Part shown: one piece after another, positions 1-12,973 of the stretch | How the letters are laid out: every line of letters begins with the position of its first letter | How positions within the stretch are numbered: position 1 is the stretch's first letter | Assembly (NCBI RefSeq): GCF_001194135.2 | Contig: NC_068997.1 | Location: forward strand, 17,653,965-17,688,588 | DNA from: Octopus bimaculoides | Lineage: Eukaryota | Direction: 5' to 3' | DNA length: 34,624 bases | Made by a program: the position numbers and the translations under genes | Notes under the pieces: model-generated | Databases searched by the model: none | The model's input: only the letters and a program-made list of their open reading frames with translations | What the model was told of the DNA's origin: nothing

Positions 1-56
<56 letters not shown>
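1..56. repeat. (TG)n microsatellite, truncated by the window edge
   Basis: Perfect TG dinucleotide run from base 1. Confidence 0.98.
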
Positions 57-58
<2 letters not shown>

Positions 59-894
59 TACTGCACGCACGCGGAGTATAAACACGAGGTACTATTAGTT
101 TTATATCACTGAATATATGATGATCGGACATGTTTTTTTATAACGTCCAGCGCATTGAAGCAACCAGTGACACTCTGAAATGCAACGTAGCTGCTGCGTG
201 ACAGATACTATATGAGAAAGAGAAAAGGCGAATGAAAAGAGTGAAAAGTACGAGAAAACAACAAAAGGAAGAAATATGGAAGTAAGATTTCAGATTTGTG
301 ATTTGCATGTCTTGACTCATTAGATGGAGTATCGGGGCACGATTCATGTTATACGTTGCTATATCATTCCTTAGACGAAAAGTTTCATATCTTGATGTTG
401 TTTTTATCATAAAAATATACGGGCCTATTGAATTCCAGATCTGAAATTTCCGATGAAGATAAGCTTCAAGACAAATTTCATTTATGGAACTAGAAAACAT
501 CACCCTCTCTGGATGAAACATGCTGTCTCACAAACTTTATATTCGATATTCTAAAAACGAAGTTCAGACTAATATTAAACAAACCTCCAAGCATACAACA
601 ACCAGATATGTATAGGTGCTTACATATTCATATAGTGAACCTTAACTATTTTAATTTAATTAAATACTATATATAACTTTGCTATTTATTTGTACTAATC
701 TTTGTTCTGAAATAACACCGTTCTCTCCTACAAAACGTGAAAGTGATTTTGCGCTGGCACATATCAATCAGGAAGATGTAGGAGCTGCTATACCATTAAG
801 CATTTAACAAAAGCTATTGAATTGTTTTGCATCAAACTGCATGCACACTTGAAAGCTAGCGGTCAGCCAAAATCGGTTGCTATGTTTTTATACA

Positions 895-1100
895 TGTACG
901 TTATATACATATGTATATGTTTGCGTATGTGTGTGTATGTAGATATGCATGGATGTATACATACATAAACATATAGATAAACTAATAAATTACACAGATA
1001 TTTATGTAAGTATGTATGTTTGTATGTATGTATGTATGTATATATGTATGTATGTATTTATGTATGTATGTGTCTGTGTACGTATGTATACACTCACACA
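895..1100. repeat. Compound (TA)/(TATG)n microsatellite region
   Basis: Imperfect TATG/TA runs, purest at about 1010-1075. Confidence 0.85.
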
Positions 1101-2591
1101 CAAGCTCTGAATTCTAACCTGTAATTTTAATCTATATCGCACCTGTCATTTCACCCCCTGTCAAACTTAAACTAAGAGTGTGTCTATTAGCAGCGAAGTC
1201 GCATACCAAGAAATTTTCTGTGGTGTCATCTGCAGAAAATGGAAGAAATATCAAATAAACATTTTCTGCTGAATTTATACTCCGCTAGTTAACGATCGGC
1301 TAGCAATGCTTTCTATTGGAAACTTCCGTAAAAATGTTTCGCTCTACCTACGCATGTATCGAGGTACAAGTATATCAAAGAAATACCGCCAAAATTTAAT
1401 AAACCCAAATTTTAACATACCATTGTGATTAATAAGCATAATGTTGTAAAGAAAATGTTACATGTGATTGAATAACCACTTAAATTTTTAATCAAAATAG
1501 AAAAGTTATGCCTTTCCAATTTTCCAATAAATATTATCTTACTAATATGCTGAAAGTATTTGCTTTCGCATGGAACACACTTACTTGTAAATGCATTTTA
1601 TTTCTGTTTTCTCTTTCATATATTCCAGGCGTGTTAAGATTTGCATTTGATATATATTTTGTTAGGTTTGTACCGCCAATATTCTTGATGTTGTAATGTA
1701 TTTATGTACTCAACAAAGGGAAAATTTGCTATATTTATCGTAGACAATCTTGCAAAAACAGATGAGATTGTATTTACTTAAACCAGCAACAATAAGCTGT
1801 GTTATATTTTAGGGCCTCAGCATATCACACGTAATATCGTTATGTGTTTTAGAGAAATATAATGCAAAAGACAAATTCTGTAGAATCTTGGGTGTTTAAT
1901 TTAGTTTTTATTTGCTGAACGGGAATTCTTAACCATTTAATCTATCTCATGTGATTGATTACAAAGAATAAACTTCAAAATGAGGTGTGAGGAATGGTTA
2001 ACAAACACAGGAAATACTCTGTTCTCTCTATATTTTATCAGCCATACTATGATTTAAAATACTCATGCCCAACTAGAACCATTTTACGTATGCCGAGTGT
2101 TTCTTCTGCAGTCGTTTGTGAGCTTCGCAAGTTCAGAATTTCTCTAACCAAACAGAAAGTCAACGTTCACTAAATCTCTTTGAAGAATTTGTCTTCTGTA
2201 TATAAGATACCTGCTTAAATTTGAAACACTTTTTCACCATTTCTTCAAGTTACGTTATGCCATTCAAGGGTTGTCTGGACGAATGTGCAACTTGTCTCCA
2301 GCACGGCTTTTCCTCTAGGACAAGACATGAGGATATCGTTATCTCTATGAAAAATTCCTGTTGCTAGCAGAATGTTTTAGGAATCAATATCTCTGCAGTG
2401 CTTTTAGAGAAAATATTTAGAGAAAATTCGTTCCTTGGATATTGAATGTATGTATGTTTTTCAAATTCTGGTAATATTTCTAATATTTCTCAAAATTAAA
2501 GAAGGAAGAGATCATCTCAAAAACGAAGTTATTTGGGAGAATGTAGATGACAAGTACGTAGATATCTCAATAAGTAGGTATGTCTGTTTCA

Positions 2592-2593
<2 letters not shown>

Positions 2594-2622
<29 letters not shown>

Positions 2623-2701
2623 ATCGTGTGCATGCATGTAGGTATATATGTATGTATATATATATGAATATATATGTGTATATATATATATCTATTTTAT
2701 G

Positions 2702-2767
<66 letters not shown>

Positions 2768-2875
2768 TATTATATATATACATCACACACGCACACACAT
2801 ATATGGGGGAAGTGTGTGCACGTTGTAAATGTATGTTTCTACGTATGCTTATATGTGTGAGTAATGTGTGTGTAT
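2594..2875. repeat. Compound (TG)n-(TA)n-(GA)n microsatellite
   Basis: TG run 2594-2621, TA run about 2703-2746, GA run about 2747-2767. Explains the ORFs at 2580, 2648 and 2697. Confidence 0.95.
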
Positions 2876-3610
2876 GCAAAGAGCTAACATTCTGCAATAT
2901 TTCATCACATTTACAGAGACCCTTTAAAACTTCCTCATTGTAATTTCCTAATTACCTCTGGTCTTCCAGTATTAATGACGTTTCACCAGCTGAGTTAATT
3001 AGTTATGAAACCCATCACCTTCATAATCACAGAATTTAATCTAACGATATAAACTCGCATAACATCTGCACATTTCTCATTAGTACAGTAGATTTCTCAT
3101 TAGTTTAGACAACTATTCTGCTACCCAACACGTTCATATTCTGTCCCAGAACATCAAGATTGTGAGGAAAGGATTACGTCTATATTTTACAGCGGTCTTA
3201 ACAGGAGTATTCCAACAATATTCTTTCATATGACGTGTATGTACCTTCCGATATTTTGATTTTCAGAAGCATTGATTATATGATTTGTAATGTTTTACAC
3301 CACAAAATAAAACCACATATGTAGATAATATCTTTTGTGATGTGTAGTGGAATTTACTACTTCAGTTTATAAAACCTCTACTTGGCAAAAAAGCAAAGTT
3401 TAGCTGATATGGCCGACAGTACCTATTTCTAGACATGTAAGGTTTTTTGCAGCCCACTCCGTTATAATCGTGATTAATTCACAATTATACACAATTCTTT
3501 TATGAAAAAGGTTTCTAACTGCATGTTCTGGTATTTGGTAAATAATTTTGCATTGTTCATGATAAATATTTCCTAAAGTAATTTTACATTGCTCTTTAAT
3601 TATATATATA

Positions 3611-3995
3611 GGTGCAGGAGTGGCTGCTTACCAACCACATGGTTCCGGGGTCAGTCCCACTGCGTGGCACCTTGGGCATGTGTCTCCTACTATAGCCTCG
3701 GGCTGACCAAGGCCTTGTGAGTGGATTTGCTAGACGGGAACTGAACGAAGCTCGTCGGATATATGTGTATATATGTGTATGTAAGTGTATATGTTTGTCT
3801 GTCTGTGTTTGTCCCCCAACATCGCTTCACAACCGATGGTGGTGTGTTTACGTCCCCGTAACTTAGTGGTTCGGCAAAAGAGACCGATAGAATAAGTACT
3901 AGGCTTACAAAGAATAAGTCCTGGTGTCGATTTGCTCAACTAAAGGTGGAGCTCCAGCATGGCCGCAGTTAAATGACTGAAAGAAGTAAAGAGAG
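3611..3995 (+). mobile_element. tRNA-derived SINE, family 1 (octopus-type, internal TA/TG microsatellite), near full length
   Basis: tRNA-like head with B-box-like GGTTCCGGGGTCAGTCCC, then GGCACCTTGGGCATGTGTC, an internal microsatellite and the 3' end GCTCCAGCATGGCCGCAGTTAAATGACTGAAAGAAGTAAAGAG. Homologous segments recur in this window at 5427-5857, 10405-10528, 17349-17535 and 24740-24783. Confidence 0.92.
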
Positions 3996-5426
3996 ATTAT
4001 ANNNNNNNNNNNNNNNNNNNNNNNNNNNNNNNNNNNNNNNNNNNNTATATATATATATATATATATGCATGTGTGTATGTGCGTGTGCAGACGTGTCTGT
4101 GCGTTTAAATGCAGAGAGGGGAGGACAAAAAGATAGAGGGAATGATGTGCGTTGTGAATTAATGAATATATACATAAATGTGTGGATGTGATGGAGATTT
4201 TGCCTATATGGATGCATGTATGAGTACGTATGTGTTTTTTTGAATTAGAAAGCTACACCGATACTGAAACACCACAAGTCTAATCTAAATTATAAATTAT
4301 TACCAATTATATAGAAGATTACAGATGCAAATTACAGCTCACCGTTCTCTAACTTTACTCAAGAGTCTCTTGCATTGTCTTCTCTCTATTTTGATTCTAT
4401 CTTGACATCATGTTTCTGTTTTTGCTTTTGTTTATATTTGCCCTTCCTTTGCTATTATTTTAATGGAACGAAGCAGCGACGAATTATCATGTAAATGTGC
4501 AATACCGTTTCACATGAGGTATGAATAAGGAATTATGTTCGTAACGAAAAGCAATAGCGACGTCAACAAATGAACACTGATACAGCCATGCACACATACA
4601 CACATACACACATACACACGTACACGCAATCTTACATATACAGATACACACATGCACACGCGAACGCACAATAAACACTTGAAGACTGCTTATTTTACAA
4701 GCAATTAAAAATAAAGTCGTTAATTGTATTCATAAGTCTTAGATTGCATATCACAAACTAAAATACCCATTGATGGATATGAAGTCTATCACGTAGTCAA
4801 AATTACAGAAATAAAGAGTGAAGAAACATTAGGTTCTTCAGTTTTGAACTACTTTTTATATATGTTTTTCTTTATTTATTTATTTCTTTAAAATTACCAT
4901 TCGATTGTGCTGGTTATTACTAGTATTCTAGAAGTAGTGAAGTAATTACTAGGGTAGCATTAAGACAGATTGAAGATGTGATAAAATTTTGAGTACAAGT
5001 AATCGTTATCAAACGTAAAAACACGCTCATGTGTACATGCAGAAGTACAAGCAGACATATACACAGAAAATAGACAAAGAAAAAGAACGGCACAGTGAAA
5101 CATAATACACACACACACACACATTTATACATTTATGTATATATCTATATCTATCTATCTATCTATCTATCTGTATGTATATATATATATATATATATAT
5201 ATNNNNNNNNNNNNNNNNNNNNNNNNNNNNNNNNNNNNNNNNNNNNNNNNNNNNNNNNNNNNNNNNNNNNNNNNNNNNNNNNNNNNNNNNNNNNNNNNNN
5301 NNNNNNNNNNNNNNNNNNNNNNNNNNNNNNNNNNNNNNNNNNNNNNNNNNNNNNNNNNNNNTATATATACATATATATATGCATATATATATATACATAT
5401 ATATATATATTTCTATATATGTACTT

Positions 5427-5857
5427 TTTTGTTACTCTTTTTTTTTGTTACTCTTTTACACGCTTCAGTCATTTGACTGCAGCCATGCTGGAGCACCGTC
5501 TTTAGTAGAAGAAATCGACCGGAGGACTTATTCTGTGTAAGCCTAGTACTTATTCTATCGGCTGCATTTCCCGAACCGCTAAGTTTCGGGAACATAAACA
5601 CATCAACGTCAGTTATAAAGTGACGGTTGTGGGGCAAACAGAGATACAGAAACACACACACACATAAATATATATATATATACATAGATATATACACGAT
5701 GGGCTTCTTTCAGTATCCATCTACCAAATCGACTTACAAAGCTTTGTGTCGGTCCCAGGCAAAAATAGAAGACACTTGCCGAAGGTGCCACGCAGTGGGA
5801 CTGAACACAGAACAATGTGGTTGGGAAGCTAGCTCCTCACTACACAGCCACGCCAGT
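5427..5857 (-). mobile_element. SINE family 1, near full length, reverse orientation
   Basis: The reverse complement aligns by eye along its length with 3611-3995. The plus strand shows TTCAGTCATTTGACTGCAGCCATGCTGGAGCACC at the tail and GGTGCCACGCAGTGGGACTGAAC near the head. Confidence 0.92.
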
Positions 5858-5860
5858 TTC

Positions 5861-5861
5861 G

Positions 5862-5940
<79 letters not shown>

Positions 5941-6010
5941 CATGTATGTATGTATATGTATGTATGTATATATATATTCAGAGAGAGAGACAGAGACAGA
6001 GAAAGAGAGA
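5861..6010. repeat. Compound (TA)n(TG)n(TATG)n(GA)n microsatellite
   Basis: Direct reading of the sequence. Confidence 0.95.
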
Positions 6011-7124
6011 GTGAAATTTGAATACGCGTGCGAAAACTCATGTACGTATAGGATGCCTGAGAAAACACAGGCTACCCTTAATAATTAAAATTTGTCATCT
6101 GGAGCACTTTAACTGAAAAATCTGTTACGAAATCTCACCAGCACAAATCTTCTTTGGATGAAGCGAAGTTGTTAAGTTTCATTAGTCGGTCTTGCTTAAT
6201 TCCCTGCGCTTCATATTTTCCCAATTATGTAGAAAGTAAATAAAGGAAGCCAGAACGCAAGAAAATAATAAGAAGGTGAATTTTAGAATGTTCGAGTGTT
6301 TTGCCATACGATTTGCGATACATAAACATTTTGTCTGATAGCATAACTTATTACACTGTAAACGACAGGTATCTGTCTCTTTAGACGAAACGAGAACCAA
6401 TTGCGCTTAGAAAAGGAATCAAGTACACAAGTATATATATAACCGACATCTCAAATGTTTGACATCCTGTTAAATTGGTTTGAATCTCAATTGAGTTTAA
6501 TAAAAATCACGCCTCTATAAAATGTATTCTACATCATTTTCTAGTCTCATACCACAATAAAAAAACGCCAATAATGTAGTTATTAGTATAAGCAAGTCAA
6601 CTGATTCGACATTAAATACTGGTATTTATATGAACCAACAACGAATGTCTTATTCTTCATCGACTTAATCAATATTTGTTTATACTACTTGGAATATTTT
6701 TCAGTCCGTTCTAAGAAGTGTCTTTTGGTTCTTCGACATTGCTTCACTATTTTAAAACGTTAATTATCAACATGTTCAATATCCCACCTTCTCCCTCCGA
6801 ATGGTGTTAAAAGGCCACACATATATTTGGATTCACATACCTTTATACCTAATACTCCTCAACATCATTTAGATAGTCTCTCAAAGATATATGGAAAAAT
6901 TGTTGCTGATATGATTAGTTATTTCCATCCTCTGCCACACGGCAGCAGATAGTGGTTTGAATACTCCTTGATCATAAAACAGACATCAACGCAATCTCAG
7001 GCAAAGACCGTGATCAACAAATTTCGTTTATAACCTTTTTTTTTTCTTTTTAACATTCGACTAGTAGAATTGATCTTTCAATACAGCCACATTAGTTTGA
7101 AAGCAGCTATGTTAATTTGTAATT

Positions 7125-7508
7125 CGTGGAGGCACAATGGCCCAGTGGTTAGGGCAGCGGACTCGCGGTCACAGGATCGCGGTTTCGTTTCCCAGACCGG
7201 GCGTTGTGGGTGTTTATTGAGCGAAAACACCTAAAGCTCCACGATGCTCCGGCAGGGGATGGTGGCGAACCCTGCTGTACTCTTTCATCACAACTTTCTC
7301 TCACTCTTACTTCCTGTTTCTGTTGTGCCTGTAATTCAAAGGGTCAACCTTGTCACACTGTGCCACGCTGAATATCCCCGAGAACTACGTTAAGGGTACA
7401 CGTGTCTGTGGAGTGCTCAGTCACTTGCACGTTAATTTCACTAGCAGGCTGTTTCGTTGATCGGATCAACTGGAACCCTCGACGTCGTAAGCGACGGCGT
7501 GCCAACAA
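7125..7508 (+). mobile_element. tRNA-derived SINE, family 2, full length with a 12-bp TSD
   Basis: A-box TGGCCCAGTGG (7138-7148), B-box-like GGTTTCGTTTCCC (7181-7193), 3' end GGCGTGCCAACAA. Flanked by the identical direct repeat TAATTTGTAATT at 7113-7124 and 7509-7520. Confidence 0.93.
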
Positions 7509-8534
7509 TAATTTGTAATTATTCAGCTGATAGATGTTTTCAATAATGAAAACCCGATTGACGTCCGCCAGCGGACAGTTATTACGATGGAGACAATGCT
7601 TTTTCCATAGTATTTGGCGATGAATTAGAAATTTCAATCTGAAGTTAAGCGATAAAAAAGAGCATTCCTTAGAATTCATAAGTTACATTTTTTTTTTGTT
7701 GTTGCTTACTTATTAGAAAGTTGTTGATATTTCTAGATAGCAATAACCATATATAGCGTTATTTTATACTTTGGGGAAGTATGCAGCGTTATATAACCAG
7801 TGGTATATTCGCTAAACATTTTATGATCCGAAACATTTCATCGGTTATGCTGTCTCTCCGAAGAAGTACGTTTAAACGTAACTCAAAAAATATTTGATTC
7901 AGTAATTTATACAGAGAAAGATCTAGGTTAGTTTCACTCTGATTTGAACCTACAGGCTTATATGGAGTTAGTTCGTAATTTTGTCCAAGCTGTCATCGAC
8001 CAGCTCCCGAGATATTTTATGACGGTTCCAACAAAACTAATTGTTTGCATCTAATATTAAGAAATATTGAATCTCTATAATGAGGCACTAGAATGAACTT
8101 CGCTGGCTTCCGTACCGCAGTGACCTTTATTCTACAGTTTTACTTGTGAATAATAAATAACGTTTACTGACCCGATCGACTTCTTCGCGTTTATGCGTGT
8201 TATGAGACTTTTAATTACAACCTAATAAGTCAATACTTGGCAACTTTCCAATCAGCTAAATAAGTGCTTCCTTACTTCTTGACAACATTCGTTTGAGAGT
8301 AATATTCCATCTTTTTCACAGAAATATTACTTTGACATATTTTTCTTCCATTTTGTTTGTTTTCAATGTGTTTATGTATATTTCAGGAGGTTTCTTGTAT
8401 GTTTGTTTGCTTTTGGTCTACCATGGTGTTAACGTTTAAGTATGTCCATAAACGACAGTAACTCTAATAAAAGGTATTACTCTTTATATTCTTGTGTTGT
8501 TTGTTGTTTGTTTACTGACGTTGCGTATATACAC

Positions 8535-8655
<121 letters not shown>

Positions 8656-8799
8656 TATATATATATACATATATATGTGTGTGTATTTGTAAGTATGCAT
8701 ATATATATGCATGTATATATGTCAGTGTGTATACATATATATATATAAGGAAAATAAAACAAGGTGGAAAATGCTAAAATAATCTTATCTTGAAGAAGA

Positions 8800-8981
8800 T
8801 TTTGTTTTCTTAAACATTCTCTAGAACAATACTATGTGCAAAACCAAATATATGAAACCCTAGGCATAAGACCAACAGGAACTTCTAACTTGTTGTCTCT
8901 TGAGGTCTCTAGGTGAAACTCGGAGACAGCTCGTACAAATAAAAAGCAAAACTCAAAAGTATAATAATAATAATAATAATA

Positions 8982-8982
<1 letters not shown>
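8800..8982 (+). mobile_element. Probable 3' UTR-only fragment of an R4/Dong-like non-LTR retrotransposon with (TAA)n tail
   Basis: Unique sequence ending directly in (TAA)n, which I recall as the 3' UTR of an octopus REL-type LINE. No coding remnant is present, so the call rests on recall plus the tail. Confidence 0.55.

Positions 8983-9043
<61 letters not shown>
8961..9043. repeat. Head-to-head (TAA)n/(TTA)n inverted trinucleotide array
   Basis: About 7 TAA units switch abruptly to about 20 TTA units near 8982. Confidence 0.95.
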
Positions 9044-9044
<1 letters not shown>

Positions 9045-9345
9045 AAAAAGGAAAAAAAGGGTACTCAAACCTATTTGAAAATGATACCAGGCTTACCATC
9101 CCTACAGGAAATCGTGTTAACTGGAACGACTCATGTACTGAGAAGAGCATTATCGCTGTGAAAATAAAATCCATTCATGAATTCGTTTATTAATTTTCTT
9201 TTTTTAAATACATATTTTACCTGTGAATTTGTGCGTGTAAACTGGGAATTCATACAATGAGTTTCTCTGCCTTAGGTGTACGGAAAACACTTGGCGAGAA
9301 ATGGAAGAAAATTTGAAGAAAGAACAAAAAACAACAACTTGATGT
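9044..9345 (+). mobile_element. 5'-truncated R4/Dong-like LINE: C-terminal end of the REL endonuclease ORF plus 3' UTR
   Basis: Frame 9054-9161 reads KKGTQTYLKMIPGLPSLQEIVLTGTTHVLRRALSL*. This matches the C-terminal 'PGL...LxGTxHxLRxxLS' motif also seen at 13325-13668. The 3' UTR runs into (TAA)n at 9346-9420. Confidence 0.85.
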
Positions 9346-9364
9346 TAATAATAATAGCAATAAC

Positions 9365-9420
<56 letters not shown>
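9346..9420. repeat. (TAA)n array shared by the LINE tail and the antisense SINE tail
   Basis: Direct reading; lies between a plus-strand LINE 3' end and a minus-strand SINE 3' end. Confidence 0.95.
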
Positions 9421-9421
<1 letters not shown>

Positions 9422-9622
9422 TTTGTCCTCCATAAGTAGATTGTCTGAAATTTGGTGGGCAGAGGCTAGTTGATTACATTGATCCAGTGCACAAATGATG
9501 ACACCGAAATGATGATAGACAATGTCGACAGCGGCAAAATTTGAATGCAGATCGTAAAGACGGACGAAATGCTGGTAAGCCTTTTGCCGGGCGTGTCAAC
9601 GATTCTGCTAGCTCGCTCCCTT
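9421..9622 (-). mobile_element. tRNA-derived SINE, family 3 (ATT-tailed), reverse orientation, diverged
   Basis: The reverse complement begins AAGGGAGCGAGCTAGCAGAATCGTTGACACGCCCGGCAAAAGG (compare the head at 12795-12836), and the body resembles 31893-32059. Confidence 0.85.
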
Positions 9623-9966
9623 ATGAGAATAATAAAAATATTATATATATATTTGATACTTTGAAACGCTACCAGATATGTGCATGCGTAAAGATTAATT
9701 CACTGCCGAGTGAATTAAATGCTTCATCTATTAATTGCCTATCTTCTTGTTCCAGGAATTATAGAGAATCGTATCTGCTTCTGCGGTTATTTCAAAATTA
9801 GAAAACAATAGGAAGAATGTAATAAAACTGAATTTCGAAAACCACTTAACCTGACAATCGCTAAACATTTAGCCCAAGAAAATTACAATTATATGAGAAT
9901 AATAACAGGAAAAAAAAAATGAAAGGTTTGCTAACAGAAAATTAATGCAATGTAATAATAATAAAA

Positions 9967-10050
9967 GTAGCAGTAGTAGTAGTAGTAGTAGTAGTAGTAG
10001 NNNNNNNNNNGTAGTAGTAGTAGTAGTAGTAGTAGTAGTGACGACGACGA
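9967..10050. repeat. (AGT)n trinucleotide array with a 10-N gap, ending in (GAC)n
   Basis: Direct reading. Confidence 0.95.
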
Positions 10051-10251
10051 CTGCCGGTATTTTTATGTTGCATTCTTTGTAATAGAAATTAATATGTCGG
10101 CTACAAAAAATCGCAGGTGTATATTAATTGTGGTAGATAAAAGTTGATATTTTTAATTATTTATGCATAGATCAGTTATATATTTATATATTTACGTATC
10201 TTTTTATTAACACACAGACACAAACATATATATATACATATATATATATAT

Positions 10252-10344
<93 letters not shown>

Positions 10345-10404
10345 CAACTGTTTACTACATGCAGGTACAGGCATGCATGTATTGTTAGAAGTTTCATTTC
10401 CAAC

Positions 10405-10527
10405 TACATGGTGCCAGGTTCAATCCTACTACGTAGCAACTTGGGCTAGTCTCTTCTACTATAGCCTCCGACTGACCGAAGCCTTATAAGGGTATCGGGT
10501 AGACGAAACTAAAGGAACCGCATCGTG

Positions 10528-10528
<1 letters not shown>
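10405..10528 (+). mobile_element. SINE family 1, 5' half only
   Basis: ACATGGTGCCAGGTTCAATCCTACTACGTAGCAACTTGGGCTAGTCTCTTCTACTATAGCCTCCG matches 3637-3700. Similarity stops at the internal TA microsatellite. Confidence 0.85.
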
Positions 10529-10578
<50 letters not shown>

Positions 10579-11019
10579 GTGCGTGTGTGTGTGTAATGTG
10601 TCTATCACACTAATAAAAGAATCACAAAATAAAAGACGAACAGGTTGTTGCAAAGTTATCAAACTATTTAAAACTAAATTATACAGAGGTGAGTATAAAA
10701 AAATATCGATTTAATAGAAAGACTGGTGAATCACATGAATGACAGTTCACACCGATTTCTAATACATAGTTACAAATACTAAAAAAAGTTCGCACTGTAA
10801 TGTTACTGATGAAATAGAGGAGAATGATGTAAAGCCTTCCTATTGGTTCAACCTAGATAAGCAGGTTAATGTCCTGGGAATTACTACGCAAACGTCGCAA
10901 GCGTGGGAGTGGGGAATGCGCGAAAACATCTGTTACTATGTTTAGGTCGACTCTGAGGGCAGTAACATTAATTTTCTGTACACACGCGTGCACACACACA
11001 CGGGCGCACAAACATATAG

Positions 11020-11256
11020 ATGACGGTAGCGTTGGACTCATTATCATAAGATTGTGATTTGGATACATGAACCGAGCAGCGCATTGTGTTCTTGAGCAAG
11101 CACCTTCATTTAACGTTCGTTGTTCCAGTTACTTCACCTCGCGAAAATCAGTAATCCTGTGATGAACCGGTGTCCCGTCCAGGTGGGGAATAGATACACC
11201 ATTGAAACCGGGAAACCGGCCCTCATGGGCCTAGCATGGCTCAACAAGGAAACATT
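11020..11256 (+). mobile_element. tRNA-derived SINE, family 4-related head with a different 3' half
   Basis: Degraded tRNA head, then TTGTGTTCTTGAGCAAG (CORE-like, shared with 19109-19441 and 33178-33258), then GATGAACCGGTGTCCCGTCCAGGTGGGG, which is reminiscent of V-SINE-like central domains. Confidence 0.7.
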
Positions 11257-12291
11257 TATCATTTACATATATATATATATATATATATANNNNNNNNNNN
11301 NNNNNNNNNNNNNNNNNNNNNNNNNNNNNNNNNNNNNNNNNNNNNNNNNNNNNNNNNNNNNNNNNNNNNNNNNNNNNNNNNNNNNNNNNNNNNNNNNNNN
11401 NNNNNNNNNNNNNNNNNNNNNNNNNNNNNNNNNNNNNNNNNNNNNNNNNNNNNNNNNNNNNNNNNNNNNNNNNNNNNNNNNNNNNNNNNNNNNNNNNNNN
11501 NNNNNNNNNNNNNNNNNNNNNNNNNNNNNNNNNNNNNNNNNNNNNNNNNNNNNNNNNNNNNNNNNNNNNNNNNNNNNNNNNNNNNNNNNNNNNNNNNNNN
11601 NNNNNNNNNNNNNNNNNNNNNNNNNNNNNNNNNNNNNNNNNNNNNNNNNNNNNNNNNNNNNNNNNNNNNNNNNNNNNNNNNNNNNNNNNNNNNNNNNNNN
11701 NNNNNNNNNNNNNNNNNNNNNNNNNNNNNNNNNNNNNNNNNNNNNNNNNNNNNNNNNNNNNNNNNNNNNNNNNNNNNNNNNNNNNNNNNNNNNNNNNNNN
11801 NNNNNNNNNNNNNNNNNNNNNNNNNNNNNNNNNNNNNNNNNNNNNNNNNNNNNNNNNNNNNNNNNNNNNNNNNNNNNNNNNNNNNNNNNNNNNNNNNNNN
11901 NNNNNNNNNNNNNNNNNNNNNNNNNNNNNNNNNNNNNNNNNNNNNNNNNNNNNNNNNNNNNNNNNNNNNNNNNNNNNNNNNNNNNNNNNNNNNNNNNNNN
12001 NNNNNNNNNNNNNNNNNNNNNNNNNNNNNNNNNNNNNNNNNNNNNNNNNNNNNNNNNNNNNNNNNNNNNNNNNNNNNNNNNNNNNNNNNNNNNNNNNNNN
12101 NNNNNNNNNNNNNNNNNNNNNNNNNNNNNNNNNNNNNNNNNNNNNNNNNNNNNNNNNNNNNNNNNNNNNNNNNNNNNNNNNNNNNNNNNNNNNNNNNNNN
12201 NNNNNNNNNNNNNNNNNNNNNNNNNNNNNNNNNNNNNNNNNNNNNNNNNNNNNNNNNNNNNNNNNNNNNNNATATATATATATATATATAT

Positions 12292-12345
<54 letters not shown>
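12292..12345. repeat. (TAGA)n tetranucleotide microsatellite
   Basis: About 13 GATA units after a gap-flanking TA run. Confidence 0.97.
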
Positions 12346-12794
12346 CGTATTTCGTATTTTAATCTTAGAAATACCTGAGACCTTGTGTTGAAAGACGTTC
12401 TTGAAAGAATCTGCACAGTAGGACCTAATTAAATTTGTAAACATGAAATCAAGTATATTTGCTTTACACATACTTTTGGTGCATTCAATAAGTAACATTC
12501 ACCTAATTTTGTGAATGTAAAACCACGTAGTGTACTTAATTTGGTGCGTGAACATGAAAGAGATAGGGCATGAAAGAAGTTGAAATCCCAATAATGAAGT
12601 TGTTAATCAGATGTTCTTACTATGATTCGCATGAGATTTCAGCAAAACGCAATACACATGCTGAGTATATGGCTTAATCACGTAGCGTGTATGTGGTTGC
12701 TTCATTTACTAGACATAGCAGCCAGAATATTCTCGGAAAGCTATTTAGAGACTTTATTGACAATTCCTAACACATGCTATTCTCGGTAGACGTG

Positions 12795-12836
12795 CGACGT
12801 GGCCGAATCGTTAGCACGCCGGGCAAAATACTTAAT
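12795..12836 (+). mobile_element. SINE family 3 head fragment
   Basis: GCGACGTGGCCGAATCGTTAGCACGCCGGGCAAAATACTTA resembles the head of the copy at 9421-9622. Confidence 0.6.
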
Positions 12837-12973
12837 AGTGGATATTATATGTCATTTTAAAACTTAAATATTTGTTTATCGACGACAGAAAGAAGGAATT
12901 CAAAGATTAGCTTAGTAGCACGACAAAGAAGGGTCAATAAATAAATCTTTCTGCCATAAGCTTAAAACCGGCT

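Noticed and set aside
138-521. 127-aa minus-strand ORF
   Set aside because: No recognisable domain; its composition reflects an A/G-rich plus strand. Plus-strand exon readings hit stops.
2060-2400. Moderately GC-balanced segment, possibly a decayed transposon ORF on the minus strand
   Set aside because: Multiple stops in every frame and no motif I could assign.
6590-6650. Faint similarity to the family-3 SINE core
   Set aside because: Too degraded to call by eye.
7125-7200. tRNA-like sequences at SINE heads (also 19370-19440 and 33178-33240)
   Set aside because: They continue into SINE bodies and lack a complete cloverleaf, so they are not tRNA genes.
10682-10960. TA|CAGAGGTGAGTATAAAAAA resembling a Tc1/mariner TIR, and a nearby 30-codon frame
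   Set aside because: No partner TIR or transposase motif found; the match is too short to support.
11120-12498. Very long ORFs (290-411 aa), here and at 19852-20877, 27618-28739 and 33244-33784
   Set aside because: They read through N gaps (X runs) and TA repeats; they are not real coding evidence.
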